Positions 58,693 through 64,000 of a DNA stretch of 64,000 nt are shown here, in pieces. The stretch's first letter is position 1. Each line of letters opens with the position of its first letter. The stretch is taken from NCBI RefSeq assembly GCF_009914755.1, contig NC_060938.1; one strand, given 5' to 3'. Source of the DNA: the human T2T-CHM13v2.0 reference genome, Homo sapiens. The notes beneath the pieces were generated by a model. The model worked only from the letters and a program-made list of their open reading frames with translations, was not told the origin of the DNA and made no database searches. The position numbers and the translations under genes were made by a program.

Positions 58693-58960
58693 AAAAGTCC
58701 TCTTTTTAAAAGGACATCAGTTATACTGAATTAAAGGCCCACTCTATTCCAATAAGACCTCATTTTAAAAATTTTGTTTTTTTAATTGATATGTACTATT
58801 TTACATAGTTATAGGGGTTGTCATTATATTTTATTTTATTGTAATTAGACCTCATCTTAACTAATTACATCTACAAGAAATCTATTCCCAAACAAGGTTA
58901 CATTCTGGTACTAGGGGGTAGGACTTATGAATTTTGGAGGGGACACAATTTAACCCATAA
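58150..58960. mobile_element. MSTD/MLT1A1-like LTR (plus, to 58477) abutting an MLT1C-like LTR (minus) that contains (TG)19 at 58652-58690
   Basis: gatcttggacttcccagcctccagaactgtgagaaataaa; tctcacagttctggaggccagaag. Confidence 0.75.
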
Positions 58961-59606
58961 AAGAAGGGGATTTGGGGAAACATTGCTCTTAGCTTTAAAT
59001 GGGTGTAGTGGTGACAAGATGACAACGGACAACCCCAGAGCTGGCAGGGATGTCTCCCCATTGAAGCCTTCATTCGCTCCTGCACTCATTCATGGGATGT
59101 GTACTGAGCACTTACTACGTGTCAGGCTCTCTGTTTCATAGTTGAGATGCAAAGGTGAGTTCGGCCTTTTCCCTTCAAGTGTCCTGGGGGTGAGCTGGCA
59201 AGTCAACCAATAAATTATAATTGGTGGCAGAGCATTTGTGGGCACACAGAGGGACAGCTTGCTTGGAGACCAGCGATGGTGTCCCTGAGGAGGGGCCTGG
59301 CAAAAGGAGCTGGAGCAGAGGGCACAGAGAAGGGAGGAAGGGCACTCCAGGTAGAGCCACTGCCCTGTCCTGGGATGGTACATCCTGCAGGCCAACTCCT
59401 GTGGAGGGCACAGGAGGTGGGGGGAGCACAGGGCTTCAGAGTAGAGGGCACACCTGGGTATGATCCCTGACCCCCAGTCCCCTGCCGAAGACGAGGTGGG
59501 AAGACGGGACTTTTACACACACACCCACCACCCTGGGCTGCTCCCTGCATCTCCACATTTTAAAGATGGGAAAGCTGAGGCTTAGGATGGAAGTGACTTG
59601 AGAGAG

Positions 59607-59668
59607 GTGGCCTGCAAGTGCAGATGGCCAAGACGAGTGGCCAGCAAGTGCAGATGGCCAAGACGAGT
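59607..59668. repeat. 30-bp tandem duplication with one mismatch
   Basis: GTGGCCWGCAAGTGCAGATGGCCAAGACGA x2. Confidence 0.95.
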
Positions 59669-60459
59669 CATTCAGGCCCCTCTGGCTTGGCAGGGGTGGG
59701 GGTCAGTTATGCCGAAGCCCTATCTCCTTTCATAGTGTGGATATGTTCAGAGCTAGCCACCCTCTACTCTGGATCTACAAGCTCTGCCTAGGTGGCTCTC
59801 TTCTGCCACCATGGGAGTCTCACCTTGGTCCCCAGCACCTGGCTCAGCATCTGGCCTAGCAAACTGTGGATGCTCAGAATTGGTGAAAACCAACAACAAG
59901 AACGCAGTTGCCTTAACCACAGCCTCGCATCTTGCTGCTGTCATCAGGGAGTTCACAGGACCTTGCTTGTGTTCGGCAGGCCTTCTCAAATATTTTTGAA
60001 TCCCTAGCTCTCATACTTGTACAACTTAGAACAAATTTATAACTCCCATCTTATCGTCTGGACAACAGGTAAGGCAGGGAGGAGGGGGTTCTCTCAATGC
60101 TGCAGACAAGGACATGAGTCTAGAAAGGAAAGTCCCTTGTCTGAGAACAGGCCTGCAGGACTCTCGGGGAGGCAGCCAGGGTCCTCTGCCCTGAAGCCAC
60201 GGTCAGTGCTAGGGCCCAGGCAGGTGAGGTCAGGATCCCATTGAGTGGGGTAGGGGTAGGGACAAAGCTGTGTCACTGGTTGAGTGGCCAGTGCATTGGG
60301 TTTTTCCATAAACAATTTACTTGTAACAAAACCTCAGCCAGGGGTAGGAGGGGAAATGCACAGGGCAAGAAGGATGGGACAGGAGCTCAACAGAAAAATG
60401 CAGGAAGCCCAGACTCTGGAGGAAGCAGTGTGGATGCCCTGGGGCATGCAGAACTGTTG

Positions 60460-60830
60460 GGGCATAAGAGGTTTGGGCATAGGAGGTTTGCAGAGCTGTG
60501 AAGGACACAGGAGAGGTGTACAGAGCTGAGGGGGGCACAGGAGGGGAGTTCAGAGCTGTGGGGGGTACAGGAGAGGAGTACAGAGCTGAGGGGAACACAG
60601 GAGTGCAGAGCTGGGGGGGCCCAGGAGGGGTGCATAGCCCTGAGGGGGGCATAGGAGGGGTATACAGAGCTCAGGGGGGCACAGGAGGAGTGTGTAGAGC
60701 TGAGGGGGGCACAGGAGGAGTGTACAGAGCTGAGGGGTACAGGAGGGTACAGATCTATGGGGGGTACAGGGAGGTGCAGAGCTGAGAGGGTTTCAAGAGA
60801 GGTGCAGAGCCAAGGGGGCACAGGGGTGGA
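60460..60830. repeat. G-rich minisatellite, ~25-32-bp units, about 12 copies
   Basis: Consensus approximately AGAGCTGAGGGGGGCACAGGAGGGGTGTAC. Confidence 0.9.
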
Positions 60831-61530
60831 TGAACAGGGCAGTGTTAAAATGCACAGCAGACAAGCCTCCTGCAATTGGACTGTGGTGAGGAGGAGGCTA
60901 GGGAGGCAGTGGGGATGACCCTGAGGTCTGTGTAGGGTGTAGGGTTTTATTGACTGCCTGGGGGCCTGCTGGCGGCGAGATCTGGAGGGTGAGTAGAGGG
61001 TTTCATTCTGGACATGTCACATTTGAGAGTCTGACATTTCACTTGGAATTCTTCTCTGCTAACACTCCTTTACTATCTGCCACCCTCCTTCTGTAACCCA
61101 CAGACAAAGTGCAGACTCCTGGGGGTACCCGAGAAGATTTCCACACAGAGCCGGGCTACATGCACTCTAGGACAGCTCGGGGTTGAAATGTACTCAGCAA
61201 GGGCCAGGGAGCCTCCTTAAGGAAAGGAAACAAAATTATGAATAGAGAGTTGGATATGATTAAACCTCAAAGGGAAGGACTCCACATGAGTGAGGGGCTG
61301 AAGTTTGAGCAGTGCCAGCCAGCTCTGCCCCCTCCCGAGGCTGGCAGGGCCACCACCACTGTTATTGAGCCTTTTGCTCACCCTCCAGGCCTTTGCTTGG
61401 CCATTCCCTTGGCCTAGAATGCCCTCTTCATCTCTTCTTCCCTGGCTCTCGTTTCCTCAGCCTTTAAGATTCCAGCCTGGACTTTGTCTCCCAGGGTACC
61501 TTCTTCTACTCTCAAGATGGTGAAAGCTCC

Positions 61531-61899
61531 TGATATGGTTTGACTGTGTCCCCACCCAAATTTCATCTTGAATTGTAACTCCTACAATTCCTACTTGTCC
61601 TGGGAGGAACCTGCTTGGAGGTGATTGGATTATGGGGGCAGGTCCTTCCTGTGCTGTTCTCATGATACTGAAGGAGTCTCATGAGATCTGATGGTTTTAA
61701 AAATGGGAGTTCCCTGCACAAGCTCTCTCTCTTTGCCTGCCGCCATCCATGTAAGATGTGACTTGCTCCTCCTTACCTTCTGCCATGATTGTGAGGCCTC
61801 CCCAGCCATGTGGAACTGTAAGTCCAATTAAACCTCTTTCTTTTGTAAATTGCCCAGTCTTGGGTATGTCTTTATCAGCAGTGTGAAAACTGCTGATAC
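61531..61899 (+). mobile_element. THE1 (A/B-like) solo LTR
   Basis: TGATATGGTTTGACTGTGTCCCCACCCAAA...gggtatgtctttatcagcagtgtgaaaac. Confidence 0.88.
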
Positions 61900-62575
61900 T
61901 GTGACTAACAGAGCTCCCCTCTGGCTCCCACAGCCCCCAGGGCTCTCTTCCCTCCCAGCTCCTCTCACTGTTTTCCTGTGTGTCCCCTCTTCTTAAAAAG
62001 GGGAGGAGGGGGCTACATTTCAGTAGCTCCCAAGCCCAGGGGTGGGGCCCCAACACTAGCAGATGATGCTTAATTCAGGTGGGTTGAGTGAGTGAGTTGG
62101 TCCCACCCCTTACTCCCAGGGGGTTTGTAGCAGCCAGCAGGGCTGCCCTCCCTGGTCAGTGAGGTGCAGGGCCTGGGGTGACCTGAGCCTCAGAGACCAG
62201 CCACAGCTGCCAGTCCCTGCCCCATGAGAGTGACAGTCCACTGAGACTTTTCTTCCCAAGGTCAGGCTTGGGGACTTGGCAAAGTTGAATTGTTGCTATG
62301 GTGGGGGTAGAGGGTAGGAGCCTTTAGTGATCTGAGGGAGTAGCTGGGACTCTACTCAGAGCTAACCCAACAACATAGATAGGGAGACCTGGTTCAAGCC
62401 ATCTTCTGCCGTGTGACCTTGGGGAGGTCACTTAGCTGTCTCATCTGTACTTGCAGGGTAATGTGAACCACTGTCCTGTTGAGACAGTTCATGGAGATGA
62501 CAATAACAAAGGCTCTTGGTGACTCACAAAGGTTTCTACAAATTCAAAAGCTAATTCAAGAGTTCACGCTTCAAG

Positions 62576-62697
62576 GCCAAGCATGACGGCTTATGCCTGT
62601 AATCCCAGCACTTTGGGAGGTTGAAGTGGGAGAACTGCTTGAGGCCAGGAGTTCAAGACCAGCCTGGGCAACATAGCGAGACCCTATCTCTATAAAA
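62576..62697 (+). mobile_element. FLAM_C-like monomer
   Basis: gcctgtaatcccagcactttggg...agcctgggcaacatagcgagaccc. Confidence 0.85.
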
Positions 62698-63110
62698 GTA
62701 ATTTTTGTTTTTCAAAAAGTTCATTTTCTAAAGGGTTTGGCAAAATGAAACTTTCGAGAGGCAAAAAAAATGAGCAAAGGATTCTGCTAATATTTTAAAA
62801 CTCATTTTAAAAATATGTTCCATGTAAAGAGAGAGAATTGGAGAGCTGCTTAATTTTTCAAAAGGGCTCCTACATAAGCAATCTCACCCATCACCTCCCA
62901 GAGCCCTGGAGGGCTTAGTTATCCCTGTTTTATAGATGAGGAAACTGAGGCTCAGAACTGCAGTGTGACTTCCTCCAGCTTTAGACCCAGAGGTGGAGTC
63001 CAAGCCTGTTGGCTTGGATTCAGGTCACATGGCATCCTTGTGGGTAGTGATGGAGAAAGGGGGAGTAACAATGGGGTACCACTCTGTTCTATCATGTTCT
63101 AACCTACAAA

Positions 63111-63778
63111 TGAGGCAGGAGAATAGGGTCTAGAGGCAGGGAACCCAAGGTCATTTCACACTGACTTCCTAGAACTAAATTGAAAGGAAAACCCTAACTT
63201 TCCACTCCTAAGTAACAAAAGGACCAGAGGCTACTCCCTTTACAAGCCCCCACCTTTTCTGTGAGGCAGATGGAAAATTGAAAATACCTCTGATTGGTTG
63301 CTTTTTGCAACCAATCAGACCTTTGCCTAGGAGTGTAACTTTGTAACTTCACTTCAGCCTCTAATTAGTTGCAGACAGACAGATTGCGAACCAAGTCTTC
63401 ATTTGCATAGAAGTGCAACTTTGTAACTTCACTTTAGCCTCTGATTGGTGGCTTTCTGCAACCAATCAGATGTTTGCATGGGAGTATGACCTGTGTAACT
63501 TCACCGATTGCGGGTCACCATTTCATTTACGTGAGGTGAACACCAAGTGGCCAGTGGGAGACCTCTAGGGGGTATTTTGACCCAAGAAGATTCTGTATCT
63601 GGGGCTCCTGAGCCTCTGCTTAGCCCACTCCCTCATGGTGGAGTGTACTTTCACTTTCAATAAATCTCTGCTATTGTTGCTTCATTCTTTCCTTGCTTTT
63701 CTGTGCCTTTTGTCCGATTCTTTGTTCAAAATGCCAAGAACCTGGACAACTTGCAGTCAAGACCCTCTACCGGTAACA
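63111..63778 (+). mobile_element. MER51A-like solo LTR
   Basis: TGAGGCAGGAGAATAGGGTCT...CCGGTAACA; TSD CAAA at 63107-63110 and 63779-63782; repeated CCAAT boxes; AATAAA near 63659. Confidence 0.9.
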
Positions 63779-64000
63779 CAAATGCCTACCAGGCTGTTTT
63801 GCTCAGTGCTGGGACAAGTGCCAGGGCCTGGGCCTGCCTGGTGGACGAAACGTATCCTTGCCCTCAACAGGCTCAGTCACAGGCAGAGAGAGTGTGAGGA
63901 GACAGAAAGGAGAGAAGAAACTAAGTCCCCAAGGGGAAAGGCAGGAACCTGGGTGTCCTCAGGCTCACAGAGCCAGGGCCTGGCCCCTAAAGGGCATTGG

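Noticed and set aside
60387-60875. CRISPR-like array or repeat-protein gene
   Set aside because: The units are contiguous and degenerate with no unique spacers and no cas genes, and the DNA is primate. It is a minisatellite.

Overview
This is primate genomic DNA, most likely human: it carries AluY, AluS and AluJ, FLAM, THE1, MST, MLT1, MLT2A, MER4-group LTRs, old L1M, L2 and MIR. The window looks intergenic or deep-intronic and is dense in repeats. I recognise no known protein-coding gene, RNA gene, CRISPR array or other prokaryotic system; nearly all ORF-track entries are chance, Alu-derived or low-complexity ORFs. Repeat family names come from recalled consensus sequences, not a RepeatMasker run, so subfamily calls and ends without a visible target-site duplication (TSD) are approximate. 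The strongest non-routine signals are: (1) a composite templated insertion at 45247-45537, made of an inverted 59-bp copy of 46179-46237 fused through 7-bp microhomology to a direct ~238-bp copy of 43490-43727; (2) a CpG-rich promoter-like patch at 46.3-46.6 kb with a consensus splice donor, followed by an exon-like ORF (47122-47427) whose product has a signal-peptide-like segment (speculative); (3) a CpG-rich element at 12.2-12.75 kb with CTCF, AP-1/ARE and NF-kB motifs and a donor, plus a well-bounded non-coding exon candidate at 21006-21175; (4) short tandem duplications that double transcription-factor motifs (AP-1 at 57922-57971, E-boxes at 59607-59668); (5) two independent MLT2A solo LTRs with DUX4-type motifs, and several nested LTR stacks with intact TSDs. 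None of this establishes a new biological system without expression or conservation data.
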